From contig CAZWXP010000118.1 in NCBI GenBank assembly GCA_964637965.1, positions 1 through 39,143 of the forward strand: DNA of 39,143 nucleotides, in the 5' to 3' direction. This document shows, one piece after another, positions 10,951-20,939 of the stretch. Positions within the stretch are counted from its first letter, which is position 1; each line of letters begins with the position of its first letter. The notes under the pieces are model-generated. The model was not told the DNA's origin, made no database searches, and worked only from the letters and a program-made list of their open reading frames with translations. This DNA is from an uncultured Alphaproteobacteria bacterium (GTDB taxonomy: Bacteria; Pseudomonadota; Alphaproteobacteria; GCA-002720895). The position numbers and the translations under genes are program-made.

Positions 10951-12405
10951 TTGTTAAACATCCCAATATTATCTTTATTAATTTTTTTTCCTTTTTTAGG
11001 ATCATTAATAATTTTATTTATAAATAAGAATGATAAATCCTATAAAAAAAAAGTAAAAGAAATTGGGCTTTGGACAACAATAATAAATTTTTGCCTATCA
11101 TTAATATTACTCTATTCCTTTGATAAAACTGAAATTCAGTTTCAATTTGTTGAAAATTTTAAATTGATAAATGATTTAAATATTTATTATTATCTTGGAA
11201 TTGATGGAATTTCTTTATCATTTATTCTTTTAACCACTCTATTAATACCAATCTGTATAGTTATAAGCTGGACTAAAATAAATGAACACATTGGATATTT
11301 TATAGCATCATTTTTAATAATTGAATCTTTTCTTATTGGATTATTTTCATCTTTAGATTTATTTATTTTTTTCATTTTCTTTGAGGGATCATTGATACCC
11401 CTATTTTTAATTATTGGTATTTGGGGAGGAAAAAATAGAGTTTATGCATCTTATAAATTTTTTTTATATACCATTTTTGGCTCTTTACTTATGCTATTAG
11501 GAATATTAACCCTATATTTTTATTCCGGAACTAGCAATCTCACTTTATTAATGAAAACAGATATTCCTTTTATTTTACAAATATGGTTGTTTCTTTCTTT
11601 TTTTGCTTCATTTGCTATTAAAATCCCTATGTGGCCATTTCATACATGGTTACCAGATGCCCATGTAGAGGCACCTACTGCTGGATCAGTTATATTAGCT
11701 GGAATTTTATTAAAACTTGGAGGCTATGGTTTTTTGAGATTTTCACTTCCTTTGTTTCCGGAAGCTTCTAATTTTTTTACACCTTTAATTTTTATTTTAA
11801 GTGTGATTTCAATAATTTATATTTCTATACTTGCTCTTTCTCAAACAAATATAAAAAAATTAATTGCATATTCTTCAATTGCTAATATGGGATTTGTTAC
11901 CTTGGGTATTTTTTCTAAAAACCTAGAGGGATTACAAGGATCAGTATTTCAAATGATTAGCCACGGTTTGATTTCAGCAGCACTTTTTTTGTCGGCTGGT
12001 TTTTTAATTGATAAAATGCAGACAAAAAAAATAGAAGATTTTGGGGGTTTATTTAAACAAATGCCAAAATTTTCAATATTTTTTATGATTTATTGCTTAG
12101 GTGCAATTTCTTTTCCAGGTACAACTGGATTTATTGGTGAATTTTTAATTTTAATAGGGATCTTTAAGATAAATTATTCCATAGCCTTTGTTTCAGCATT
12201 TGGAGTTATTCTTTCAGCTTGCTATATATTATGGATGTATAATCGTGTTTGCTTTGGAAACAAAAATTACAGTAATATTGCTGATTTAAATATTAAAGAT
12301 ACATTAGTTTTTCTTATTTTTGTATTATTAATTATTATACTAGGTATATATCCAAACATATTGATAAGTATTTATGAATTATCTACAAACAAACTAATTT
12401 ATTAA
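10951..12405 (+). CDS. nuoM: NADH:quinone oxidoreductase subunit M
   Basis: Antiporter-like subunit with FFEGSLIPLFLIIGIWGG, IKIPMWPFHTWLPDAHVEAPTAGSVILAGILLKLGGYG and QMISHGLISAALF. The ORF starts at TTG. See the finding on the ANMGF motif. Confidence 0.95.
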   Translation: MLNIPILSLLIFFPFLGSLIILFINKNDKSYKKKVKEIGLWTTIINFCLSLILLYSFDKTEIQFQFVENFKLINDLNIYYYLGIDGISLSFILLTTLLIPICIVISWTKINEHIGYFIASFLIIESFLIGLFSSLDLFIFFIFFEGSLIPLFLIIGIWGGKNRVYASYKFFLYTIFGSLLMLLGILTLYFYSGTSNLTLLMKTDIPFILQIWLFLSFFASFAIKIPMWPFHTWLPDAHVEAPTAGSVILAGILLKLGGYGFLRFSLPLFPEASNFFTPLIFILSVISIIYISILALSQTNIKKLIAYSSIANMGFVTLGIFSKNLEGLQGSVFQMISHGLISAALFLSAGFLIDKMQTKKIEDFGGLFKQMPKFSIFFMIYCLGAISFPGTTGFIGEFLILIGIFKINYSIAFVSAFGVILSACYILWMYNRVCFGNKNYSNIADLNIKDTLVFLIFVLLIIILGIYPNILISIYELSTNKLIY

Positions 12406-12414
12406 TTAAAACAA

Positions 12415-13866
12415 ATGCAATTAAGTGATATTAAATCATTTTCTCCAGAGATTATTTTAATTTTTGGTTCTATTTTTATATTAATTTATGGAATTTTTTT
12501 TACAAATACCAAAGAATTAAATAAGAATATATTTTACATCGCTTTTATTTCATTATTTCTTTCTTTATATTTTTCTCTATATGTTGTCGATTTAGGAATT
12601 AATTCATTTAACAATTTACTTAATAATGATCCATACACTGCTTTTTTTAAATTTTTAGCATTTATTGGAACAATAGTAATAACTTATATTTCATATAACT
12701 ATTTAAAAGATCTAAATATACTTAAACCAGAATTTTTTTTCCTAATTTTGCTATCTTTAACTGGAATTTTAATCTTAATTTCATCGAGAAATATTATTTC
12801 AATGTATCTTAGTTTAGAGCTACAAAGCGTTTGTTTATATATTTTAGCTGCTTATAGAAAATATGATATAAGATCTTCTGAATCAGGAATTAAATATTTT
12901 ATAATTGGGGCATTATCATCTGGAATATTATTGTACGGCTTATCAATAATCTATGCTTTTACTAACGCAACTGATTTTTATGAAATTTCTAAATCTATAA
13001 ATTTATCATTAGAAAATAATGAAAATTTTTTAATTCTTAATGTCGGCTTTATTTTCATTTTATGCGGTCTTTTTTTTAAGATTGCTATAGTCCCATTTCA
13101 TATGTGGGCACCTGATGTTTATGAAGGATCACCTACATCAATCACAGCTTATTTTACTACTGTTCCTAAAATTGGTGCTATTGGTTTTTTAATAAAATTT
13201 TTGAACATACCTTTTGAAAGTTATTCCGATGCTTGGTTTCAAATCTTATATTTTGTTTCAATAGTTTCAATGATTCTGGGATCGATTGCTGCTGTAAACC
13301 AAAATAATATTAAACGACTATTGGCATATAGCTCTATTAATCATATGGGTTTTATTCTAATAGGTGTATTAACTGGAAATGAGATAGGGATTAAAAGTGT
13401 GCAACTATATATTTCAATCTATATGGTTAGTATTCTTGGAATTTTTACATCTTTATTATGCTTAAAAGATAAAATTAATGGACATTATTTGGAAAATATT
13501 AAAAACTTTTCTGGGTTAGCAAAACAAAACTCTTTTCTATCATTTAGTTTTGCAATCTTACTTTTTTCTTTAGCTGGTTTACCCCCATTATCAGGATTTT
13601 TTGCAAAATTATACATATTGATATCTGCAGTAGAAAGTAAATTATATTTCTTAGCTATAATTGCAATTATAACATCAATTATTTCAGCTTATTATTATTT
13701 AAAAATTATTAAAATAATTTTTTTTGATAAACCCATTAATAATATTTATATAAATATACCAATATTTTCAAAATTAATAATCCTTATTACTTTGTTTATA
13801 AGTATTTTCTTAATAATATTCCTTTCCGATTTATTAGAAATTATTACAACCGTCGCTTTAGTTTAG
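12415..13866 (+). CDS. nuoN: NADH:quinone oxidoreductase subunit N
   Basis: Antiporter-like subunit with LELQSVCLYILAA, KIAIVPFHMWAPDVYEGSPT and AYSSINHMGFIL. It is the last gene of the nuo series. Confidence 0.95.
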   Translation: MQLSDIKSFSPEIILIFGSIFILIYGIFFTNTKELNKNIFYIAFISLFLSLYFSLYVVDLGINSFNNLLNNDPYTAFFKFLAFIGTIVITYISYNYLKDLNILKPEFFFLILLSLTGILILISSRNIISMYLSLELQSVCLYILAAYRKYDIRSSESGIKYFIIGALSSGILLYGLSIIYAFTNATDFYEISKSINLSLENNENFLILNVGFIFILCGLFFKIAIVPFHMWAPDVYEGSPTSITAYFTTVPKIGAIGFLIKFLNIPFESYSDAWFQILYFVSIVSMILGSIAAVNQNNIKRLLAYSSINHMGFILIGVLTGNEIGIKSVQLYISIYMVSILGIFTSLLCLKDKINGHYLENIKNFSGLAKQNSFLSFSFAILLFSLAGLPPLSGFFAKLYILISAVESKLYFLAIIAIITSIISAYYYLKIIKIIFFDKPINNIYINIPIFSKLIILITLFISIFLIIFLSDLLEIITTVALV

Positions 13867-13871
13867 AACAC

Positions 13872-14603
13872 ATGAAAAAATATAATTTAATAAAATTTAG
13901 GACAGTTAAAAGCACTAACTTGGAAATTAAAAAAATGATTTCATCCGACATAAAAAATAATAATTTATGTTTAAGCGCCGACAAACAAACTAATGGTTAT
14001 GGTAGAAGAAATACAAAATGGTTTTCTTACAATGGTAATGTTCATTTATCTATTTTATTGAAACCTAAATGTCAAATAAACGAAGTTAACCAACTTTCAT
14101 TTGTGACTTCTATATCGTTAGGTGATACTTTAAAAAAAATAAAAGAAAATATTAATGTTAAATATAAATGGCCAAATGATATTTTATTAAATAAAAAAAA
14201 AATTGCTGGTATATTACTTGAGACATCATCACATTTTAATAAAAAAATAAAATGGGTTATTATTGGAATAGGTTTAAATATTCAAAAATCACCAAGATTA
14301 AATAAAAAAGAATTTGATGCAACATCATTAAAAAAAGAAAAAATTTATATTGAAAAAGATAATTTTATAAATCTTTTTTTGGATAAATTCTTTGCAAACT
14401 ATGAATTATGGAAAAAGAAAGGTTTTAGTTTTATAAAAAAAGACTGGTTATCAAATATATATCAAGTAAACAATAAAATTATTGTTAAATATAAAAACAA
14501 TTATATAAAAGGTAAAATAGTTAATTTATTAATAAATGGAGGAATTAAATTAAAAACATCTAAGGAAATAAAAGAAATATTTTATGGAGATCAAGTCACA
14601 TGA
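13872..14603 (+). CDS. birA: Biotin--[acetyl-CoA-carboxylase] ligase, catalytic-only form without an N-terminal HTH domain
   Basis: Biotin-binding loop GYGRRNTKW (GRGRxGRxW type) and KWPNDILLNKKKIAGILLE. At 243 aa there is no room for a repressor domain. nuoN-birA-coaX synteny is common in alphaproteobacteria. Confidence 0.85.
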   Translation: MKKYNLIKFRTVKSTNLEIKKMISSDIKNNNLCLSADKQTNGYGRRNTKWFSYNGNVHLSILLKPKCQINEVNQLSFVTSISLGDTLKKIKENINVKYKWPNDILLNKKKIAGILLETSSHFNKKIKWVIIGIGLNIQKSPRLNKKEFDATSLKKEKIYIEKDNFINLFLDKFFANYELWKKKGFSFIKKDWLSNIYQVNNKIIVKYKNNYIKGKIVNLLINGGIKLKTSKEIKEIFYGDQVT

Positions 14604-15394
14604 GCAGTAATAATTTTTTTGTAATTGATGCTGGTAATACAGATATCTGCGTTGCATTAATTAAAAATTTTAAAATTATAAAAATTATTAGATTAAAAAC
14701 TATTGATATTAAAGATAAAAACCTTCTTTTATTTAAAAAATTTAATCAAATAAAAAAAATTTTAAAAATACAAAAAAAAATAAAATGTATTATTTCATCT
14801 GTTGTTCCAGAGATAAATTATAAATTGAAAAAAATATGTTTTTTTTTTTTAAGGGAAAAACCACACTTTATATCAGTTAAAAAAACAAAATTAAATATAA
14901 AAATAAATTTAAAAAATAAGAACCAAGTTGGAGCAGATAGAATTGTTAACACAGTAGCTGTTAAATCGCTGTATAAAACACCAGCATTAGTTATTGATTT
15001 TGGAACAACCACAACATTTGATGTTATTAATAACAATGGTGATTATGATGGCGGAGTTATAACTCCTGGAATTAATTTGTCTCTGAAGAATTTACACAAT
15101 AAAACTTCTCAACTACCATTGATCAAATTTAAAAAGTATAATAAAAATATTATTGGAAAAAATACTAAGAATGCAATTCAAAGTGGAATATATTGGGGTT
15201 ATGTTGGTTTAGTTACTTTTATAATAAAAAAAATACAAACTAAATTTAAAAAAAAAATTTTTTGTATTTCTACAGGAGGCTTATCCAAAATTATTTCAAA
15301 GGATATCAGTATGATTAATACTATTAATGAAAATTTAACAATATTAGGACTAATTGAAATTTTTAAATTAAATTATAATGAAAAATATAACTGA
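14600..15394 (+). CDS. coaX: Type III pantothenate kinase
   Basis: ASKHA-fold motifs VIDAGNT, GADRIVNTVA and VIDFGTTTTFDV, plus C-terminal STGG. It has an ATGA overlap with birA. Confidence 0.88.
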   Translation: MSSNNFFVIDAGNTDICVALIKNFKIIKIIRLKTIDIKDKNLLLFKKFNQIKKILKIQKKIKCIISSVVPEINYKLKKICFFFLREKPHFISVKKTKLNIKINLKNKNQVGADRIVNTVAVKSLYKTPALVIDFGTTTTFDVINNNGDYDGGVITPGINLSLKNLHNKTSQLPLIKFKKYNKNIIGKNTKNAIQSGIYWGYVGLVTFIIKKIQTKFKKKIFCISTGGLSKIISKDISMINTINENLTILGLIEIFKLNYNEKYN

Positions 15395-17060
15395 AAATTT
15401 AATTAATAAATATGTACCTAAAAATGAGATAATCTTCTCACCTATTGGAGGCGTTGGCCAAATAGGGATGAATTTTTATTTGTATGGTACACAAGGTAAA
15501 TGGATTGTTGTTGACTTAGGAATTACTTTTGGAAACACTGAGGAAACACCAGGTATTGATATTATTTTACCAAATCCTGAATTTGTCAAAAAAAATAAAA
15601 AAGATCTTTTAGGAATTATTATTACACATGCACATGAAGATCACATTGGAGCCGTGAGTCATTTGTGGCCGCAACTTCAATGTCCGGTTTATGCTACACC
15701 TTTTGCGTCAGCAGTTTTAAAAAGAAAATTAAAAGAACTAAAAATTAAGCCAAAATTTTTAAAAACAATATCTTTAGATAGTAATTTTAAGTTAGGACCA
15801 TTTGAAATAGATGTAATATCAACAACTCATTCAATACCAGAACCAAATGCTTTAGGAATAAAAACTAAATTTGGTAATATTTTACATACAGGTGATTGGA
15901 AAATTGACCCAAAACCATTGCTTGGTAGAGATTTTAACCAACAAAAAATAAAATCCTTTGGTAATAAAGGAGTACTTGCGATTGTTAGTGATTCAACTAA
16001 TTCAAATGTTGAAGGACACTCTGGTTCTGAAGAAAAATTAAGAGAAAGTCTTGTAAAAATAATTAAAAGAACTCCTCAAAGAATAGCAATAACAAGTTTT
16101 TCTAGTAATTTAGCAAGATTAGAAACTTTTGCACATATCGCTAATCAATCAGGAAGAGTCGCAGCTTTATGTGGAAGATCATTATGGACTATGTATAAAG
16201 CAGCATTAGATACAGGATATTTGAAAAATATTAAACCTTTTCTTGATGAAAGAGAAGTTATGATTTATCCAAGAGATCAAGTCCTTTTAATTTGTACAGG
16301 TTCTCAAGGAGAACCAAGAGCTGCATTATCTAGAATAGCTAATGACACACACCAAAATATTTTTTTAGAGGCTGGAGATACTGTTATTTTTTCATCAAAA
16401 GTCATTCCTGGTAATGAAAGATCAATTACAAAAGTACAAAATGAACTAAAAGAAAAAAATATAAATGTAGTAACAGAATCTGACGAATTTGTTCATGTAT
16501 CAGGCCATCCTCATATTGAAGAATTAAAAAAAATGTATAATGTGATAAAACCTGCAATACTTATTCCCGTGCATGGGTAATCGCATCATTTACAAAGTAA
16601 TATCGAAATAGCTAAAAAATGTGGTGTAAAAAAAGGTCTAATTTTAAAAAATGGTTTATTATTAAAAGTAGCACCAGGGGAACCTAAGGTGCTTGGCTCT
16701 ATCCCATCAGGACGTCTTATGCTAGATGGAAAGAAAATCATACCTATAAATGAAGAAGCAATTAAAAACAGAAAAAAAATGCTTTATAATGGAACTATAT
16801 TGATTTCATTAGTAATAAATAAAAATAATAAAATTATTTCAAAACCATTAATATCAAGTAAAGGATTTTTTAATGATGAAAATATTAAAATTTTCGAAAA
16901 AAGTTTAATTAGTAATATTAATAATTTTATGAAGGAATTAAAAAATACTAAATTTATAGATACATTACTAAAAGATAAAATTACATCTTTTTCACAAAGA
17001 TTTTTTAGAAAAGCTTTAGATATGAAGCCTATAATACTAATACATATAATAAAATGTTAA
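15378..17060 (+). pseudogene. rnj: Ribonuclease J family (metallo-beta-lactamase/beta-CASP) gene interrupted by one in-frame TAA at 16578-16580; it may be an intact gene with a base-call error
   Basis: Contains HAHEDHIGA (the HxHxDH motif), VSDSTN and HVSGHPH. ORFs 15378-16580 and 16689-17060 share a frame (offset 1311 = 3 x 437). Bases 16581-16688 translate without a stop as SHHLQSNIEIAKKCGVKKGLILKNGLLLKVAPGEPK. The stop replaces the Glu of the conserved PVHGE motif. Confidence 0.88.
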
Positions 17061-17071
17061 ATATATAATCT

Positions 17072-17476
17072 ATGTTAAAAAAATTAAATCATATTGCGAT
17101 AGTTGTACCAGATATAAAAAAAGCAAAAAAAATATATCAAAATAAATTTAACGCTGTTGTCTCTGATCCTAAAAGTTATCCAGAACACGGGGTAACAGTT
17201 GTTTTTGTCAAATTAGAAAATACTAAAATTGAATTAATGGAGCCTTTAGGAGAAAATTCACCAATAAAAAAATTTTTAGAAAAAAATCCTAATGGTGGAA
17301 TGCATCACATATGTTTAGAAGTTTCAGATATCAATAAATCATTAAAAGATTTAAATAATAAAGGGGTAACAATTTTAGGAAAAGGCAAGCCAATAAAAGG
17401 CTCACATAATAAACCAATTTTGTTTTTACACCCAAAAGAGTTTTGTGGAACATTAATTGAATTAGAAGAAGAATAG
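17072..17476 (+). CDS. mce: Methylmalonyl-CoA epimerase (VOC/glyoxalase-fold family)
   Basis: 134-aa VOC-fold protein with LNHIAIVVPD, KIELMEPLGENSPI, GGMHHICLEV and LIELEE. It sits between rnj and DUF1467, as in many alphaproteobacteria. The substrate assignment rests on family resemblance only. Confidence 0.75.
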   Translation: MLKKLNHIAIVVPDIKKAKKIYQNKFNAVVSDPKSYPEHGVTVVFVKLENTKIELMEPLGENSPIKKFLEKNPNGGMHHICLEVSDINKSLKDLNNKGVTILGKGKPIKGSHNKPILFLHPKEFCGTLIELEEE

Positions 17477-17478
17477 TA

Positions 17479-17721
17479 GTGATCGAATTTCTAAAAGGTT
17501 TTTTAATATATGTGATAATATGGTGGATAGTTGTGTTTACAATATTACCTATAGGTGTAAGAAAACCGGATAAAGTAGAAAAAGGACATGCTGATGGCGC
17601 TCCTCAACATCCGCAAATTTTAAAAAAATTCATAATAACGTCATTAATTGCTTTTTTTTTATGGTCGATAGTATTCTATTTAATTAAGAACCAAGTTTTT
17701 ACTTTTAATTATAATTATTAA
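17479..17721 (+). CDS. Small two-TM membrane protein, DUF1467 family (function unknown)
   Basis: 80 aa with a GTG start. Two hydrophobic helices flank KVEKGHADGAPQHPQILKK. Its size, topology and position next to mce/proS match alphaproteobacterial DUF1467 proteins as I recall them. Confidence 0.7.
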   Translation: MIEFLKGFLIYVIIWWIVVFTILPIGVRKPDKVEKGHADGAPQHPQILKKFIITSLIAFFLWSIVFYLIKNQVFTFNYNY

Positions 17722-17725
17722 AGAA

Positions 17726-19015
17726 ATGAAATTATCTGAATATTTTTTTAAATCACGCAAAGAGACATCATCTGATGCAAAATTAATTTCACACAAATTA
17801 ATGATTAAATCATCAATGATTAAACAGATAACTTCTGGAATATACACTTGGCTACCACTTGGCTTAAAAGTTTTACAGAAAATAACAAATATAGTAAGAA
17901 GTGTTCATAATCAATATGGATGCCAGGAATTGTTAATGCCAACTATACAGCCATCAAATATATGGAAAAAAAGCGAGAGATATGATGACTATGGCCCTGA
18001 AATGCTGAAATTTCACGATAGAAATAAAAAAGAATTATTATATGGGCCAACTAATGAGGAATTAATAACTGAAGTTTTTAAGGAATATATCAATAGTTAT
18101 AAAGATCTACCAAAAAATTTATATCAGATACAGTGGAAATTTAGAGATGAAATACGGCCACGTTTTGGAGTAATGAGATGTAGGGAATTTTTAATGAAGG
18201 ATAATTATTCATTTGATATAACAAAAAACGATGCTGAAAACTCATATAACAATATGTTTAAATGTTATTTAGAAATTTTTGATAAAATAGGTTTAAAAGT
18301 TATCCCAGTAATGGCGGATCCTGGAGCTATCGGCGGTGATTTAAGTCACGAGTTCCACTTAATAAGTGAATCTGGTGACACTAATATACTATATGAGAAA
18401 AAAATAGGTGAAATTAATAACTTAGATTATAGTAATTCATTTAAATTATTAAGAGATTTGTATTCTGTAACTGAGGATGTGTATAATAAAAAGAAAGAAA
18501 TAGATTTAAATAAATTAATTAAAACTAAAGGAATTGAAGTAGGTCATATTTTTTATTTTGGAACTAAATATTCTGAGAAATTAGGAGCCTCAGTTTTGGA
18601 TAGTAAAGGAAAAAAAATTAATGTAGAAATGGGTTCATATGGTATAGGAATATCAAGATTAGTTGCTGCAATTATAGAATCTTCAAATGATGAAAAAGGC
18701 ATTATTTGGCCAAAAAGTATTTCACCTTTTAATGTTGGTTTAATAAATTTAAACAATAAAAGTAAAGAATTAATAAAAATTTCTGATGAACTTTATAGTT
18801 ATCTTACAAACAATAATATAGACGTTTTATATGATGATACAATTGACAGACCTGGTGAAAAATTTGCAAATATGGATTTAATAGGCATTCCTTCACAAAT
18901 AATAATAGGAGAAAAATCTTTTAATGAAAATTGTGTTGAAATAAAAGATAGAAAAACAAGCAACTTAACACAAGTCAAAATAGATGCTTTTGATAAAATT
19001 ATAAAGAATATTTAG
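17726..19015 (+). CDS. proS: Proline--tRNA ligase, short form lacking the INS editing domain
   Basis: Class II aaRS motifs YQIQWKFRDEIRPRFGVMRCREFLMKDNYSF and GSYGIGISRLVAAIIE, plus a C-terminal anticodon-binding domain. The 429-aa length is typical of alphaproteobacterial ProRS. Confidence 0.92.
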   Translation: MKLSEYFFKSRKETSSDAKLISHKLMIKSSMIKQITSGIYTWLPLGLKVLQKITNIVRSVHNQYGCQELLMPTIQPSNIWKKSERYDDYGPEMLKFHDRNKKELLYGPTNEELITEVFKEYINSYKDLPKNLYQIQWKFRDEIRPRFGVMRCREFLMKDNYSFDITKNDAENSYNNMFKCYLEIFDKIGLKVIPVMADPGAIGGDLSHEFHLISESGDTNILYEKKIGEINNLDYSNSFKLLRDLYSVTEDVYNKKKEIDLNKLIKTKGIEVGHIFYFGTKYSEKLGASVLDSKGKKINVEMGSYGIGISRLVAAIIESSNDEKGIIWPKSISPFNVGLINLNNKSKELIKISDELYSYLTNNNIDVLYDDTIDRPGEKFANMDLIGIPSQIIIGEKSFNENCVEIKDRKTSNLTQVKIDAFDKIIKNI

Positions 19016-19018
19016 TTT

Positions 19019-20260
19019 ATGGTTAAAAATTTTCCATCACTCTTCATTGCACTTAGATATTTAAAACCAAGCAAAAAAAATTCTATGGTTTCAATTATTT
19101 CAATATTTTCTTTTCTTGGGATAGTTTTGGGTGTTGGGACACTTATAATAGTTATGTCAGTAATGAATGGTTTTAAAATAGAGTTGTTAGATAAAATTAT
19201 AGGTATAAATGGCCATTTAAATGTTCATTTTCACGAAAATAAATCCAATGAAAATAAGTTTGAAATTTTTTTAAATTCTAATAAAGATGTAAAAGATTTC
19301 AGGAAAATTATTGATGGGCAAGGTCTTTTAACATCAAAAAAACAATCAACAGGAATAATTATAAAAGGGATTAGTAAAAATGATCTTTTAGATTTAAAAA
19401 AAGATAAAAAGAAAATTGAAATTAGCAAAAAATTTAATTTTGAAAATGATTTTGTAATAATTGGAATAAAATTAATGGAAAGACTAAATCTTCAAATTGG
19501 CGATAAATTTAAATTAATAATTCCAAAGACCTCCACAACGGCTTTTGGAAATATCCCAAAAGTAAAAACTTTTAGAATTGGAGGATATTTCAATTCTGGA
19601 ATGTATACTTACGATAATAATTTAGTCTTTGTAAATTTCATTAACGCAAATAAATTATTTTTAACCAATGAGAACAAATCATATTTTCAATTGGAATTTC
19701 ACGATATTGATTCTATAGATAATTTTAAAAATAAATTAAGTAAAACCAACTTATCTAATTATCAATTATATGATTGGAGATATTCAAACCAGGCTTTTTT
19801 TAATGCCATACAAACAGAAAAAAATGTGATGTTTCTAATTTTAAGCCTAATTATTTTAGTTGCAGCATTTAACATTATTTCTAGTTTGATAATGCTAGTT
19901 AAAAATAAACAAATAGATATAGCGGTTTTAAGAACAATGGGCGCAAGCCAAAATACAATAATGAAAATATTTTTTTTAAATGGGGCAACTATTGGTTTTT
20001 TTGGAACTTTAATAGGATCATTTCTTGGAATATGTTTTGTTTTAAATATTAATACTCTTAAAAATTTTCTAGAAAATTTTACAAATACAGAACTTTTTTC
20101 TTCTGAAATATACTTTTTATCTAATTTACCTGCAAAAATTAATATTACAGAAGTTTCATATGTAATTATAACCAGTCTTCTAATATCTTTTACAGCAAGC
20201 TTTTTACCAGCTTGGAGAGCATCAAAAAGCAATCCAATTGATTTAATAAGAAAAGAATAA
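19019..20260 (+). CDS. lolC: Lipoprotein-releasing system transmembrane protein (LolC/LolE family, FtsX-type permease)
   Basis: 413 aa with an N-terminal TM helix, a periplasmic domain and a C-terminal FtsX 3-TM bundle (AAFNIISSLIMLVKNKQIDIAVLRTMGA). It lies directly upstream of lolD. Confidence 0.85.
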   Translation: MVKNFPSLFIALRYLKPSKKNSMVSIISIFSFLGIVLGVGTLIIVMSVMNGFKIELLDKIIGINGHLNVHFHENKSNENKFEIFLNSNKDVKDFRKIIDGQGLLTSKKQSTGIIIKGISKNDLLDLKKDKKKIEISKKFNFENDFVIIGIKLMERLNLQIGDKFKLIIPKTSTTAFGNIPKVKTFRIGGYFNSGMYTYDNNLVFVNFINANKLFLTNENKSYFQLEFHDIDSIDNFKNKLSKTNLSNYQLYDWRYSNQAFFNAIQTEKNVMFLILSLIILVAAFNIISSLIMLVKNKQIDIAVLRTMGASQNTIMKIFFLNGATIGFFGTLIGSFLGICFVLNINTLKNFLENFTNTELFSSEIYFLSNLPAKINITEVSYVIITSLLISFTASFLPAWRASKSNPIDLIRKE

Positions 20261-20265
20261 AAAAA

Positions 20266-20937
20266 ATGGCAACAATTTTAAAATTAAAAAATATAACAAA
20301 GGAATTTGTTGAACCAAGAAAGAATATTGTTGCATTAAATAGTGTAAATTTTAATTTATCTAATGCTCAATGTGTTTGTTTATTAGGCCCATCTGGATCA
20401 GGAAAATCTAGCTTGTTACAAATTGCCGGTTTACTTGATAATCCTACTAAGGGAGAAATTTTTATAAATAAGAAGAAGTGTGACCATTTATCAGAGGAAA
20501 ATAAAAATTTAATAAGAAAAAAATATATTGGTTTTGTATATCAAAATTTTTATTTACTAGATAGCTTCTCAGCTTTAGAAAATGTTATTATACCGCAATT
20601 GATTAATGGTTCAGATTTTAGCTCTGCAAAAGAAAGAGCAAAAGAACTTTTATCAAATATGGGTCTTTCTAAAAGATTGCATAATAAACCAAGAGAGCTT
20701 TCTGGCGGAGAAAAACAAAGAGTATCTATTTTACGCGCTATTGCAAATCGACCAAAAATTATTTTAGCAGATGAACCTACAGGAAATTTAGATAAAAAAA
20801 ACACATCGAACGTTATTAGTATAATTAAGGATTTAGTTAAACAATATAAAATATCTTTTGTAATAGCTACTCATAACTTATCAATAACAAAAAAGTTTGA
20901 TAAAATAATAAAATTATCAGAGGGAAAAATTATTTAG
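20266..20937 (+). CDS. lolD: Lipoprotein-releasing system ATP-binding protein
   Basis: Walker A GPSGSGKSS, ABC signature LSGGEKQRVSILRA and Walker B ILADEPTGNLD. It is paired with the lolC/E permease. Confidence 0.9.
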   Translation: MATILKLKNITKEFVEPRKNIVALNSVNFNLSNAQCVCLLGPSGSGKSSLLQIAGLLDNPTKGEIFINKKKCDHLSEENKNLIRKKYIGFVYQNFYLLDSFSALENVIIPQLINGSDFSSAKERAKELLSNMGLSKRLHNKPRELSGGEKQRVSILRAIANRPKIILADEPTGNLDKKNTSNVISIIKDLVKQYKISFVIATHNLSITKKFDKIIKLSEGKII

Positions 20938-20939
20938 AT

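Noticed and set aside
19762-20232. A 156-aa ORF antisense to the lolC/E permease gene.
   Set aside because: Same reasoning as above: it is embedded in the conserved FtsX-domain coding region and has no independent signal. The remaining short minus-strand ORFs in the track (61-91 aa) are treated the same way.
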